A stretch of 64,000 bases of DNA from Candidatus Latescibacterota bacterium (GCA_022706085.1 JAKJDF010000001.1:48394-112393), one strand, 5' to 3'; numbered from the stretch's first letter, positions 9,351 through 18,752 are shown. Translations and numbers: made by a program. Notes: generated by a model not told the origin, from the letters alone.

Positions 9351-11351
9351 TCACCCCGGCAACCGCGCCGCCACCAGCTCCGCAATGTCCATCACCTTCA
9401 CGCGCCCCTCCGCGTGCTCATCCTTGATCCCGTCGTCGAACATCGTCATGCAGTAGGGGCATGCCACCGCAACAACGTCCGCGTCTTTCCCCAGAGCTTC
9501 CCGCACCCGATTTGCGTTGATGCGGTGCTCAGGCTCCTCTTCCATCCACATCCGGCCCCCGCCCGCGCCGCAGCAGAAGCTCTTCTCAAGGCGGCGGTCC
9601 ATCTCCAGTGGTTTCCGCCCTGTCACCCGCCGCACCACTTCCCTCGGCTCCTCGTACAATCCGTTGTACCTTCCGAGGTAACACGAGTCGTGGTACAAAA
9701 CCTTCCCGTCCGCAACCGGTTTGTCCCCGTCCAGCTTCAGACGCCCTGTCTCAAGCAATTCATGCAGGAACTCCGAATGATGCCGGACCTCCATATTCAT
9801 GCCAAACTGGTGGTAATCGTGTTTCAACGTGGTGTAGCAATGGGGGCAATAGGTTATGATTCTTCTTACGTCGTATTTCTTGAAAAGCTCGACGTTCGTG
9901 TTCGCCATCCGCTCAAACAGATACTCGTTGCCAAGTCGGCGGACGGAATCCCCGCAGCATTTTTCCTCCGTCCCGAGGATCGCAAACTGAACGCCCGCGG
10001 CCTTCAGCGCGCGCACCACCGCGGTGGCCACCTTCTTGTTCCGTGCGTCAAACGCCCCGGCGCACCCCACGAAAAACAGCGTGTCGCATCTCGCCTCTGA
10101 CATGAGCGGCACCGCCAGATCACGCGCCCATTTCGCGCGGTCTCCCGGCGTGATGCCCCACGGATTTGATCGCTGCTCGACGGACTCGAAAAACACGGCC
10201 AGTTCGTGCGGGAAGCTCGCCTCATTCTCCACAAGGTGCCGGCGCATCTTGATGATTTTGGGAACATGCTCGATGAACACCGGGCAGTTCGTCATGCAGG
10301 CGCCGCACGTGGTGCATGCCCACAGAGCGTCCTCGCCGATGGTCCCCTGATGCTCATCGGTTTTGCCGATCAACGGCATCAGGCCCTCAGATCGGTTCCC
10401 CTGCAGAAGCCTCGACCCGTTCGTCAGCAGGTTCACCTTCCCGTCGTGCACCAGAAGGCGCGGGTTGAGAGGCTTTCCGGTGCTGGTCGCCGGGCAGTTC
10501 TGGTTACAGCGTCCGCATTCCGTACACGCCGTGAAATCCAGAAGGTCTTTCCACGAGAACTCATCCACGACCGACACGCCAAACCGCGCGCCCGGTTTGA
10601 ACTCCTCGCGCGGCACCGTCGCCGGATACTCAAACGACCGCGCGTAGCAGTTCGGGATCGCGGTGAGGATGTGCATGTGCTTGCTGTACGGCAGGTAGTT
10701 CAGGAAGCTCAGAACGATCAACCCGTGCAGCCACCAGAACACCCGCGCGGCAATCGGCGTCGCGCTGCCGAACAGACTGCCCATCAACGGCGCGAAAATC
10801 GTCTCGGTGACAGGCATGACGCCCGCCACGCTCATCGTCCCGGACGCGAATTCCGAGCCATAAAGGCAGAAAAACGCCAGCATCAGCGCCCCGATGAGGC
10901 TCAAAATGAGATACCCGTCCCGGCTGTTATACTCGATGTGCGCGGGTTTCAGCACCAGCCGTCGGAAGAACGCGATAGCAACGTTGACCAGCACAATCAT
11001 GCTGATCACGTCAAACAGGAACAGGAGCGCCCCGTAGATGGGTTCTCCGAGCAGCTCAAAGGTTATTGACGGAAAAAGCCCGGCAATCACGAACTCCCCG
11101 TTTGCCAGGAAGAGGATGATGAACCCCCAGAACAGGAAGAAGTGGTTCCAGCCGTACGTCTCCTTCCGCACGCGCCGTTGCCAGAACGCGTACACCAGCA
11201 TGGTCCAGAAACGCCGCAGCAGCTCTCCCGATAGCCTGCCATCCGGTTTCCCCAGCCGGATGAACGACACCAGCCGCCAGACCGACTGCAGAAATGCGGC
11301 TACCGCTATTGCCAGAACAACCGCAAAGATCACATTCTCTGTCTGAGACAT
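9351..11351 (-). CDS. membrane-bound Fe-S oxidoreductase (HdrD/GlpC-like, two CCG domains), probable ETF:quinone-linked partner
   Basis: N-terminal polytopic hydrophobic domain. Two CxxCxxCxxxCP motifs (CTECGRCNQNCP, CTTCGACMTNCP). Two Cys-rich CCG-type regions (EEKCCGDS, KSFCCGAGGG). Lies 5 nt downstream of etfA in the same strand. Confidence 0.75.
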   Translation of the reverse strand: MSQTENVIFAVVLAIAVAAFLQSVWRLVSFIRLGKPDGRLSGELLRRFWTMLVYAFWQRRVRKETYGWNHFFLFWGFIILFLANGEFVIAGLFPSITFELLGEPIYGALLFLFDVISMIVLVNVAIAFFRRLVLKPAHIEYNSRDGYLILSLIGALMLAFFCLYGSEFASGTMSVAGVMPVTETIFAPLMGSLFGSATPIAARVFWWLHGLIVLSFLNYLPYSKHMHILTAIPNCYARSFEYPATVPREEFKPGARFGVSVVDEFSWKDLLDFTACTECGRCNQNCPATSTGKPLNPRLLVHDGKVNLLTNGSRLLQGNRSEGLMPLIGKTDEHQGTIGEDALWACTTCGACMTNCPVFIEHVPKIIKMRRHLVENEASFPHELAVFFESVEQRSNPWGITPGDRAKWARDLAVPLMSEARCDTLFFVGCAGAFDARNKKVATAVVRALKAAGVQFAILGTEEKCCGDSVRRLGNEYLFERMANTNVELFKKYDVRRIITYCPHCYTTLKHDYHQFGMNMEVRHHSEFLHELLETGRLKLDGDKPVADGKVLYHDSCYLGRYNGLYEEPREVVRRVTGRKPLEMDRRLEKSFCCGAGGGRMWMEEEPEHRINANRVREALGKDADVVAVACPYCMTMFDDGIKDEHAEGRVKVMDIAELVAARLPG

Positions 11352-11356
11352 GCTCG

Positions 11357-12712
11357 TCAGCCTTTCTGGTTGCCGGAGTCGGACGGTTTTCCCGCCATTT
11401 CGCGGAATCTCTTCGTAAGAAGAGGCACGATCTGGAAGAGATCACCGACCAGGCCGAAGTGAGCGACTTCGAAAATTGGAGCGTCTTTGTCCCGGTTGAT
11501 CGCGATGATGAGGTCAGCATCCTGCATTCCCACCAGGTGCTGGATCGCGCCGGAGATGCCGCACGCAATGTATACTTTCGGCCGCACCGTTTTTCCTGTC
11601 TGCCCGACCTGCCGTTCGTAGGGCATCCAGCCCGCGTCGACGGCGGCACGGGAGGAGGCCACCGTTCCGCCCAGAACGTCCGCCAGTTCCTGAAGCAGGC
11701 GGTAGTTTTCCGGCCCCTGCATGCCGCGTCCACCCGAAACGAGCACGTCCGCGCCGGCGATATCAACGCGATTGGCGGCACCCTCGTCTTCGCGCACTTC
11801 AAGCACTTTGACGCGTATTTCGTCCTCGGACATGTCCAGAGGCTCCACGACGACGGTGCCGTGCGCGCCGCTCACCGGTTCCGGTTTCGGCATGACGTGC
11901 GGGCGCACGGTTGCCATCTGGGGGCGGTGCCGCTCCGTCAGAATGGTAGCCATGATGTTGCCGCCGAACGCCGGGCGCGTCTGTTCCAGAAGCCTGCCGG
12001 CTTTGTCAATGGCGAGCCCGGTGCAATCGGCCGTCAGGCCCGTGTGGAGATCGGTGGCGACTGCACCGGCGAGATCCCTTCCGAGCCCTGTCGCGCCCAT
12101 CAGCACCACTTCCGGCTTGTACTTGCGTATGAGATCGGAGGATGCCTTGAGGTAGGGTTCCGTGCGGTAGTTCTTCAGAATCGGATCGTCCACGAGGTAG
12201 ACCTTCTTCGCGCCGTATGCGAAGGCCTCCTCGGCCAGGTGACCGATTTCATGGCCCAGAATGTAGGCGCACAGGTCCACCTCGAGGTCGGCTGCCAGTC
12301 TGGCACCCGCGCCGAGCAGTTCCCAGCTTACCGCCGCCGCGCGGCCGTTCTGCTGTTCCACGAACACCCAGACGCCGCGGTAGCTCTGGTCTACCCTGGG
12401 AACCGGCCCCTCCTTCTCGGGCGCTTCTTTCGCGAAACCGAGCCGTGCAAGCTCGGCAAGAACCGCCTCTTCCTCGGGGGTGAAGAACATTTCCAGGGCG
12501 GCTGCGGGGCATACTTTCACGCACTTCTTGCACCCGATGCAGTTTTCGAGGATGATGATGGGTTCCCCCCGATCATTCATCTCGATCGCGTCTGCCGGGC
12601 ATTCCGCCTGGCAGAGCGCGCCGCATGCGATGCATTTGCCCTCGATGAGCCGGGCGCGTCCTCTGGGGCGTTTCGGGCGTTTGGGTTCGCCAAGACTGCT
12701 TTTCTCGGGCAC
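11357..12712 (-). CDS. etfA: electron transfer flavoprotein alpha subunit with N-terminal 2x[4Fe-4S] ferredoxin domain
   Basis: CIACGALCQAECP and CIGCKKCVKVCP motifs, followed by the ETF alpha fold with FAD-binding block PKVYIACGISGAIQHLVGM. Confidence 0.85.
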   Translation of the reverse strand: MPEKSSLGEPKRPKRPRGRARLIEGKCIACGALCQAECPADAIEMNDRGEPIIILENCIGCKKCVKVCPAAALEMFFTPEEEAVLAELARLGFAKEAPEKEGPVPRVDQSYRGVWVFVEQQNGRAAAVSWELLGAGARLAADLEVDLCAYILGHEIGHLAEEAFAYGAKKVYLVDDPILKNYRTEPYLKASSDLIRKYKPEVVLMGATGLGRDLAGAVATDLHTGLTADCTGLAIDKAGRLLEQTRPAFGGNIMATILTERHRPQMATVRPHVMPKPEPVSGAHGTVVVEPLDMSEDEIRVKVLEVREDEGAANRVDIAGADVLVSGGRGMQGPENYRLLQELADVLGGTVASSRAAVDAGWMPYERQVGQTGKTVRPKVYIACGISGAIQHLVGMQDADLIIAINRDKDAPIFEVAHFGLVGDLFQIVPLLTKRFREMAGKPSDSGNQKG

Positions 12713-12760
12713 CGCGGATTTCTCCTTGTTACGGGTTGGCCGGCAGCACCATCGTGCCGC

Positions 12761-13603
12761 CTAGCGCCCGACGGAAATCAGGTCCTTCTCAATCAGCCGT
12801 TTGATCAGAAGCGCAACCGCGCCTTCGGGATCGTTCTCCGCATCCCCCAGGACTTCTCCGCGCGCACGTTCCGGGGCGAAAATCTTTTTGACGTGGGTGG
12901 GCGAGCCTTTGAGGCCGACTCGTGAGAGATTCAGTTGCAAAAACTGGTTATCCCACACGGGGATTTCGGCGGTTTCCGCCATGAGCCGGTTTGGCACCTT
13001 CGGGTAGCGGGGCTCGTTAATCTCGCGCACCAGGGTCAGGCAGGCGGGCAGAAGGGCACGCACGACCTCCCGGCGGCCTTCAAGCTTCCTCCGCACGGTG
13101 ATGGTTCGCTCCGCACCGTTGATGTCCAGAATCCTGTCTACCAGAGTCAGCAGGCAATAGTTCAGTCGGACGGCAATGCCGGGGCCCACCTGAGCGGTAT
13201 CGCCGTCTATCGTCTGCTTCCCGCAGATGACGAGATCCACCCTTCCCTGTTCTTTTTCGACGCGGCGGATGACTTCGGAGAGCACGTAACTCGTCGCCAG
13301 AGTATCCGCCCCGCCAAATACGCGGTCGGATACCAGCACCACATCGTCCACGCCGAGGGCGAGGCACCTGCGCAGGGTTGCCGCCGCGTTGGGCGGCCCC
13401 ATGGTGACCGCAGTCACGAGGCATCCGAACCGATCCTTGAGGCGCAGTGCCTCCTCCACGGCGTGCGTGTCAAACGGGTTCATGATGAACGGCACGCCTT
13501 CACGGATCAGCGTACCCGTTGCAGGGTCCACCTTCACCTGCGTCGTATCGGGCACCTGTTTGACGGCCACCACCACGCGATTCAGCGTTTTCCGTGTTGT
13601 CAT
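12761..13603 (-). CDS. etfB: electron transfer flavoprotein beta subunit (FixA/bifurcating-type motif)
   Basis: N-terminus VVAVKQVPDT. DGDTAQVGP motif encoded at 13181..13207. Adjacent to etfA. Confidence 0.85.
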   Translation of the reverse strand: MTTRKTLNRVVVAVKQVPDTTQVKVDPATGTLIREGVPFIMNPFDTHAVEEALRLKDRFGCLVTAVTMGPPNAAATLRRCLALGVDDVVLVSDRVFGGADTLATSYVLSEVIRRVEKEQGRVDLVICGKQTIDGDTAQVGPGIAVRLNYCLLTLVDRILDINGAERTITVRRKLEGRREVVRALLPACLTLVREINEPRYPKVPNRLMAETAEIPVWDNQFLQLNLSRVGLKGSPTHVKKIFAPERARGEVLGDAENDPEGAVALLIKRLIEKDLISVGR

Positions 13604-13833
13604 ACGGTAGAATCCTCGTGACGTATTCGCTCATGGCGGGTGAGAGCAGTGATGCTGGTATCAGGAGGAACCAAGAGGCAATCCTTTTTCGCACGCCAGA
13701 CCGGGCCGCCGCGGGTGAGTCCTGCCGCGCGGCACGCGCAGGGAACTCCCGGGCGGTGTCGGATGGTTTCCAGAGATTGGTAAAGGTAACGAAAAGCATG
13801 AGGCGGGGCGAAGCCTCCCGTGGAGGTTTTCCT

Positions 13834-13956
13834 ATTTTGAGACGATCCGGCACCCAAAATGCAGGGCAGTGCGGCGGGGAACCGCGTTTTTTCGGGCATT
13901 TTTGGCGCCTGTCTCACGAACCTGTGAAGCGGCGTACAGAATTCTCATTTTGAGAC
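13834..13956 (+). repeat. two copies of ATTTTGAGAC (13834..13843 and 13947..13956), each followed 4-5 nt later by GGCA[CG]
   Basis: Read directly in the 650-bp divergent intergenic region between etfB and the first DUF11 gene. Function unknown. Confidence 0.5.
13848..13863 (+). promoter_or_regulatory. candidate sigma-54 type -24/-12 element (CGGCACCCAAAATGCA)
   Basis: GG and GC dinucleotides separated by exactly 10 nt, with GGCAC and TGC cores. Oriented toward the DUF11 operon, about 395 nt upstream of its start. Confidence 0.3.
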
Positions 13957-13994
13957 ACTCGGCAGGCTTCTGTCGAAATGGCATTGCGGCCTGA

Positions 13995-14013
13995 ATGCCC
14001 TTCAAAAGGGCAT
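13995..14013. promoter_or_regulatory. perfect 8-bp inverted repeat ATGCCCTT-CAA-AAGGGCAT (possible operator or small hairpin)
   Basis: Read directly, in the leader region of the DUF11 operon. Confidence 0.3.
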
Positions 14014-14256
14014 CTGAGAAAGGCAATGATATTCGGCATGCAGATTGCTTTGTTCTTGTGCGCCCGTAGTATTGGCTTTGTGAAAGGCGGCTGAATTGTG
14101 TGCGAAGGCGTTCTCCTGTTGCCGGATCCTCCGGACGGTTTTTGCCCTGCAGCCCGGGGTGGGCTTTGCAGGAAGGCCTTTCAACCGTATTTTGGGGACG
14201 CCGAACGCACTTCGTGTTCGAAGTAGCGCCTGACGCTATGCCGGAGGTCGCACGCA

Positions 14257-16263
14257 TTGCGGTACGGTGATCGTCTGTTTTCGAACGTCGCACGCGTTGC
14301 GCGGGAGCAACGCCTCGGACGTCATGTCGCACCGACACTCCTGACCATCCTGCTGGTTTCCGCCCCCTCGGCGTTTGCCCTCGCCAACTACACGGACCCG
14401 TCCGGGTACCCCACGCCGTGGCCAAGCGTGTTAACCACCAGCGCCTACACGCGGCTCGGCGTCCCGGAGGCGGACAAAACCGGTCAGACTGACGGGTCCA
14501 AAGGCGCTTCGCCACAAAGCTCCAACGACTTCTCCTCGGGCCCTCTCAACGACCAGCCGTCGTTTTTCTACTACGGGAACGGCACGATCCTCTACTTCCG
14601 CTTCCGTGTCGGCGGGCCGCCGACCGCACTCACCGGCAGCGGGCAGCCCTTCACTTCCGCCACGTGGAACGTGTTGATGGACACGGACGGCGACGGATGG
14701 AAGGAGTTCGTCGTCTTTCTGGATGGCACCAGTTCAACCGTTCAGCCGGACGACATCGTCATTATCTACGAAAACGTGAACAGCCAGCGGTTCGACATGA
14801 ATCAGGTCGGAATCTGGCGGCAGGACTGCGCGGGACCCAACGACAACGTGGACGGCGCATCCGGCAAAAGTTCGACATGGGACACCGACCCCGATGCCTA
14901 CGTGTGGGATTTTGGCAGGACGCGGGTGGTGCAGATTGACCGGACAAAACCGGCGGGAAGCCAGAACAGCGAATACTGGATTGACGTGCAGGTGCCCGTT
15001 GAGGCCTTTGACGCAAGGTCGCTTACCCCGCCAGGTCCGCAGCTCACCGCGTCGAGTTTCTTCTCCATTGCCGCAACCACAAGCGCGAGCAACACTGATC
15101 CCACGCACAAGGACCTGCTGTACAGCGGGGATTTCGCGCTGGCGGACGTTCCGTTGCCGGGCGGAGACCTTTACGATGGGTACGGCACCCGAATAGACGC
15201 GCCGATCATCGCCGGGCTTACCCAGACGGGCTGCCCTTCGCCTGATACGCTCAAAGCGACGGTCGCGGATGTTTTGACCGTAGTCGGTGGTCTGACGACG
15301 GACACAATAGATTCGGTGTGGTTTGAGGTTTACTACGATTACAACGGCGACTGGGCGGAGAACGACCCCGGCCAGACGTGGACCCGCATCGGCGCAGGGA
15401 CCCGCACGGGAATCGGGCAGTTCCGGTACGTCTGGGATGTGTCGCAGGTGTCCGCCGGCAATTTCCTGATCCGGGCGGTAGCGCGCGACAAACAGAATAA
15501 CACGACGTATTCCACAAGCAACCCGGCCGGCACGACGTACCTCGTTGCGAAGTTCACCAACACCTGCAGCGCCATTGCCGTACTCAACACGTCAACAAAA
15601 TCCGTTTCTGACCTCAACGGCGCACAGACGCTTCCGGGCGACACGCTGCTGTACACGATCGTGATCCGTAACACCGGCGGCGGCAGCGCTACAAGCGTGG
15701 TGCTCAAGGATACGGTCTCCGCGTATCTCAACTACGTCGTGAACTCCGCCGCGCCGACGCCTGCGGCGACTACGCCGGCGCTGCAGTGGAACGTCGGTAC
15801 GCTGGCGGCGGGTGCTTCGGCGACGTTCACGTTCCGCGGAGTAGTGAAAAGCCCGATCGCGAACCAGACGGAAGTCCTTAACAAAGGCTGGATAACATAC
15901 AACACCGGAGCCATGACGGGCCTTTCCCGTCTTGTCACCGCCTCGATCACGGTCACTTCTCAGCCGATGGCCACGTGTTCAAAGAGCGTCAACAAGAGCA
16001 CCGCGGCGCCGGGGGATACACTGACCTACACCGTGACGTATGGAAACAACGGCACCGATACGGCCACGTTCCTCATCATCTCGGATACGGTGCCGACTCA
16101 GACCAGTTATGTCTTAAACAGTGTAACGCTCAACGGCGTGCCGAAGACCGACGCGGCTGACGCGGATCAGGTGACCGTCTCCGGGGGCAACATAAGTGTT
16201 TCGGTGGGAACCGTTCCGGTGGGCGGGAGCGGAACGTTTTCGTTCCGCGTGAGAGTGAAGTAG
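14257..16263 (+). CDS. secreted DUF11-repeat protein 1 with a unique ~260-aa N-terminal domain (candidate tip/adhesin)
   Basis: TTG start with GGAGG 9 nt upstream. Signal peptide ...LLVSAPSAFALA. DUF11 cores (LPGDTLLYTIVIRNTGGGSATSVVLKDTV; APGDTLTYTVTYGNNGTDTATFLIISDTVP). Ends ...GTFSFRVRVK. Confidence 0.8.
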   Translation: MRYGDRLFSNVARVAREQRLGRHVAPTLLTILLVSAPSAFALANYTDPSGYPTPWPSVLTTSAYTRLGVPEADKTGQTDGSKGASPQSSNDFSSGPLNDQPSFFYYGNGTILYFRFRVGGPPTALTGSGQPFTSATWNVLMDTDGDGWKEFVVFLDGTSSTVQPDDIVIIYENVNSQRFDMNQVGIWRQDCAGPNDNVDGASGKSSTWDTDPDAYVWDFGRTRVVQIDRTKPAGSQNSEYWIDVQVPVEAFDARSLTPPGPQLTASSFFSIAATTSASNTDPTHKDLLYSGDFALADVPLPGGDLYDGYGTRIDAPIIAGLTQTGCPSPDTLKATVADVLTVVGGLTTDTIDSVWFEVYYDYNGDWAENDPGQTWTRIGAGTRTGIGQFRYVWDVSQVSAGNFLIRAVARDKQNNTTYSTSNPAGTTYLVAKFTNTCSAIAVLNTSTKSVSDLNGAQTLPGDTLLYTIVIRNTGGGSATSVVLKDTVSAYLNYVVNSAAPTPAATTPALQWNVGTLAAGASATFTFRGVVKSPIANQTEVLNKGWITYNTGAMTGLSRLVTASITVTSQPMATCSKSVNKSTAAPGDTLTYTVTYGNNGTDTATFLIISDTVPTQTSYVLNSVTLNGVPKTDAADADQVTVSGGNISVSVGTVPVGGSGTFSFRVRVK

Positions 16264-16277
16264 GAAAGGAGCGTGCA

Positions 16278-16859
16278 ATGAGTAGCGACACGGGCATCAG
16301 GCGGGGAGGTTCACGCGCGTTGAGCGCGTTGATCCTCCTGATTGCCGCGTGTGGTGCGCTTGCGGTCAGCCAGCCCGCACGTGCTCAACAACCGGCAGCA
16401 AACGGCGTGTCCATCACCATCACCGACGAACTCGTCCTGCCCGCGGGTGATCCGCGAATCGGGAAAGCGGTGAGGGACAGCGCCGGTAACCTCATTTCCA
16501 GACCGGGTGACATCATCAAGTATACCCTTACCGCCGTGAACAATGGCACGGAGCCGGCGTACGGCGTGGAAATCGTGGACCCGATCCCTCGGGGAACGGA
16601 GTTCGTCATCGGGAGCGCCGCCGGCGTCGGGATGACGATCACGTACAGCGTCGATGGAGGCAGGTTTTTCCAACCTGCACCCATCATGTATGACTTCCAG
16701 AAGCCGGACGGAACGATTGAGAAGCGGCACGTGCCGGCCGACCGTTACACGCACATCAAATGGCTGGTGAACGAGCCAATCAGGCCGCGATCCAGAGCAG
16801 TCGCCACCGTTCGGGTAAGAGTGTCCTTGCCCGGAGCAGCAGAAGGGGCAGGACAATGA
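16278..16859 (+). CDS. secreted single-DUF11-domain protein 2
   Basis: AAGGAG RBS. Signal peptide ending AVSQPARA. DUF11 core RPGDIIKYTLTAVNNGTEPAYGVEIVDPIPRGTEFV. Confidence 0.75.
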   Translation: MSSDTGIRRGGSRALSALILLIAACGALAVSQPARAQQPAANGVSITITDELVLPAGDPRIGKAVRDSAGNLISRPGDIIKYTLTAVNNGTEPAYGVEIVDPIPRGTEFVIGSAAGVGMTITYSVDGGRFFQPAPIMYDFQKPDGTIEKRHVPADRYTHIKWLVNEPIRPRSRAVATVRVRVSLPGAAEGAGQ

Positions 16860-16948
16860 CGACACATCGTTCACGGTTTTTTTCACGAGAGCAAACGCGC
16901 ACGAGCTCACACAATACCCCGGAACCACTCTCTGAAAGGAGGAGCGCC

Positions 16949-18685
16949 ATGAAGGCACTCAGGGGTCGAACATGGTGGTTTCTCGGGTTGCTGCTGGCCC
17001 TTGTTCCTTTCGGAACGTCCTGGGCCGCCGGCACACCTGCGGGAACCGTCATCAGTAACTTCGCGACCTTGAGCTACAGGGACGTGAACGGCAATGCGTT
17101 GCCGAACATCACCTCGAACACCGTCACCACCGTGGTGGCGCAGGTTGCCGGCGTGGATGTCTCGCCGGCCACGTCGTCCCAGTCGGTGGCGGAAAACTCG
17201 TGGGTCTCGTACACCGCGACAGTCACCAACATGGGCAACGGCACCGATTCGTTCACCCTCACCACGTCAGCCCTGTCTTCCGGCTGGACGGCCGTTATTT
17301 ACGGCGACCCGAACAATAACGGGGTTCTGGACGCGGGTGAGATGGTGCCGGGCAACGTTGTCAGCACCATCGCGAGCCTCCCGGCGGATAGCGCGAAGCA
17401 CGTATTCGTGGTCGTGAACGTGCCGCTGGGTGCACTGGATGGTTCGTCACAGGCAGTCACGCTGACCGCGACCTCGCAGTTCAACACCGGCGTCTCGGAT
17501 GCGGGCGTGTACACGTCCACCGTCTCAACTGCCGTGCTGTCCATGACGAAGTCGGCAACTCCAGCCGACCCGAAGCCGGGTGACATCGTGACGTACGCCA
17601 TCGTGGGGAATAACACCGGCACCAGCACGGCGTACGGTGTCGTTGTCAAAGACATCATCCCCAGTGGCGTGACCTATGTTCCCGGTTCCACGCGCATCGT
17701 CATCGGTCCGGGCGGCACGTATGATACGGCTACGCCGATGACGGACGCGGCGGATGCCGACCCGGTGGATTACGGCGTTACCGCAGCCGGTCAGGTGACC
17801 GTCAACTGGGGCAATTCCCCGGCCGGACAGACCGGAACCATTTTCATCCGCGTGCAGGTGAACGCCGGCATCGCGGCGGGAACGGTTGTCTCCAACCAGG
17901 CCAGTGCTACGTACAGCTCCACGCCGGGAGGCGACCCGCTTCCTGCGGTGAACAGCACGCCGGGTGATATCACCGTTGCCGCGAAACCCATCATCACACT
18001 GTCGAACACTTCGCTGGCGCTCACCGGCCAACCGGGTGACAGCCTGACGTATGCCTTCAGCCTGACAAACAGCGGCAACTCGAACGATGTGTTCGACTTC
18101 ACGACGTCCTCCACGCAGGGCTTCACCAATCAGATCTGGCTCGATGCCAACAACGACGGCATCGCCGGGAATGATGGCGACGTTCTGCTGACGGACACCG
18201 ACAGCGATGGCAAGGTCGATACGGGCTCAATACCGGCAGGTACCGTTGCCCATATCATCGTGGCGCTGGTGGTAACGCCGGGAACGGCGGACATGGACGT
18301 GGACGCCACCACGGTAACGGTCGCGTCTTCCGTCGATCCGACGGTTACAGGCACGGTTACGCTTACCTCCACCGTGCACGCGCCGGTGCTTTCGATTGTG
18401 AAGTCCGTGTCTCCGACCGGCTCACAGCCGCCCGGCACGGTGCTGACGTATACGGTCGTGGTGTCGAACAATGGCCATGGCACGGCGACGCAGTTGCAGA
18501 TCGTGGACCTGATCCCCACCAACACAACGTATCAGGCCGGGACGATCAAGGTGAACGGAACCGCGCGCACCGACGCCGTTGACGGGGACAACGCCGAACT
18601 GCAGGGTGGCAGCGTGGTCGTTCGCTTCGCCACGATGGGCGCAGGCTCGAGTAACACGTTCACGTTCGACGTGAAGATTGACTGA
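16949..18685 (+). CDS. secreted DUF11-repeat protein 3 (candidate fibre shaft subunit)
   Basis: ORF 16760..18685. ATG 16949 has AAAGGAGGAG upstream and gives signal peptide MKALRGRTWWFLGLLLALVPFGTSWA. An alternative ATG 16856 overlaps the stop of protein 2. DUF11 cores KPGDIVTYAIVGNNTGTSTAYGVVVKDIIPSG and PPGTVLTYTVVVSNNGHGTATQLQIVDLIP. DxDxDG-like loops. Confidence 0.8.
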   Translation: MKALRGRTWWFLGLLLALVPFGTSWAAGTPAGTVISNFATLSYRDVNGNALPNITSNTVTTVVAQVAGVDVSPATSSQSVAENSWVSYTATVTNMGNGTDSFTLTTSALSSGWTAVIYGDPNNNGVLDAGEMVPGNVVSTIASLPADSAKHVFVVVNVPLGALDGSSQAVTLTATSQFNTGVSDAGVYTSTVSTAVLSMTKSATPADPKPGDIVTYAIVGNNTGTSTAYGVVVKDIIPSGVTYVPGSTRIVIGPGGTYDTATPMTDAADADPVDYGVTAAGQVTVNWGNSPAGQTGTIFIRVQVNAGIAAGTVVSNQASATYSSTPGGDPLPAVNSTPGDITVAAKPIITLSNTSLALTGQPGDSLTYAFSLTNSGNSNDVFDFTTSSTQGFTNQIWLDANNDGIAGNDGDVLLTDTDSDGKVDTGSIPAGTVAHIIVALVVTPGTADMDVDATTVTVASSVDPTVTGTVTLTSTVHAPVLSIVKSVSPTGSQPPGTVLTYTVVVSNNGHGTATQLQIVDLIPTNTTYQAGTIKVNGTARTDAVDGDNAELQGGSVVVRFATMGAGSSNTFTFDVKID

Positions 18686-18720
18686 CGAGCAGCAGAGCAG
18701 ATGAGCTGAGTTGAATCAGG

Positions 18721-18752
18721 CTCCTCTCCCGCCTTTCGGGGCGGGAGAGGAG
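18721..18752 (+). terminator. 13-bp perfect stem-loop (CTCCTCTCCCGCC-TTTCGG-GGCGGGAGAGGAG) between protein 3 and the giant gene; attenuator or mRNA-stabilising hairpin candidate
   Basis: Read directly. Not followed by a T-run, so not a canonical intrinsic terminator. Confidence 0.45.

Noticed and set aside
11294-12925. 543-aa plus-strand ORF antisense to etfA
   Set aside because: No motif. The minus strand encodes unmistakable ferredoxin plus ETF-alpha motifs.
13832-14515. 227-aa minus-strand ORF spanning the etfB/DUF11 intergenic region and the start of protein 1
   Set aside because: Arg/Pro/Trp-rich with no motif, and it overlaps the signal-peptide-coding start of a well-supported gene. 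I treat the region as regulatory DNA.
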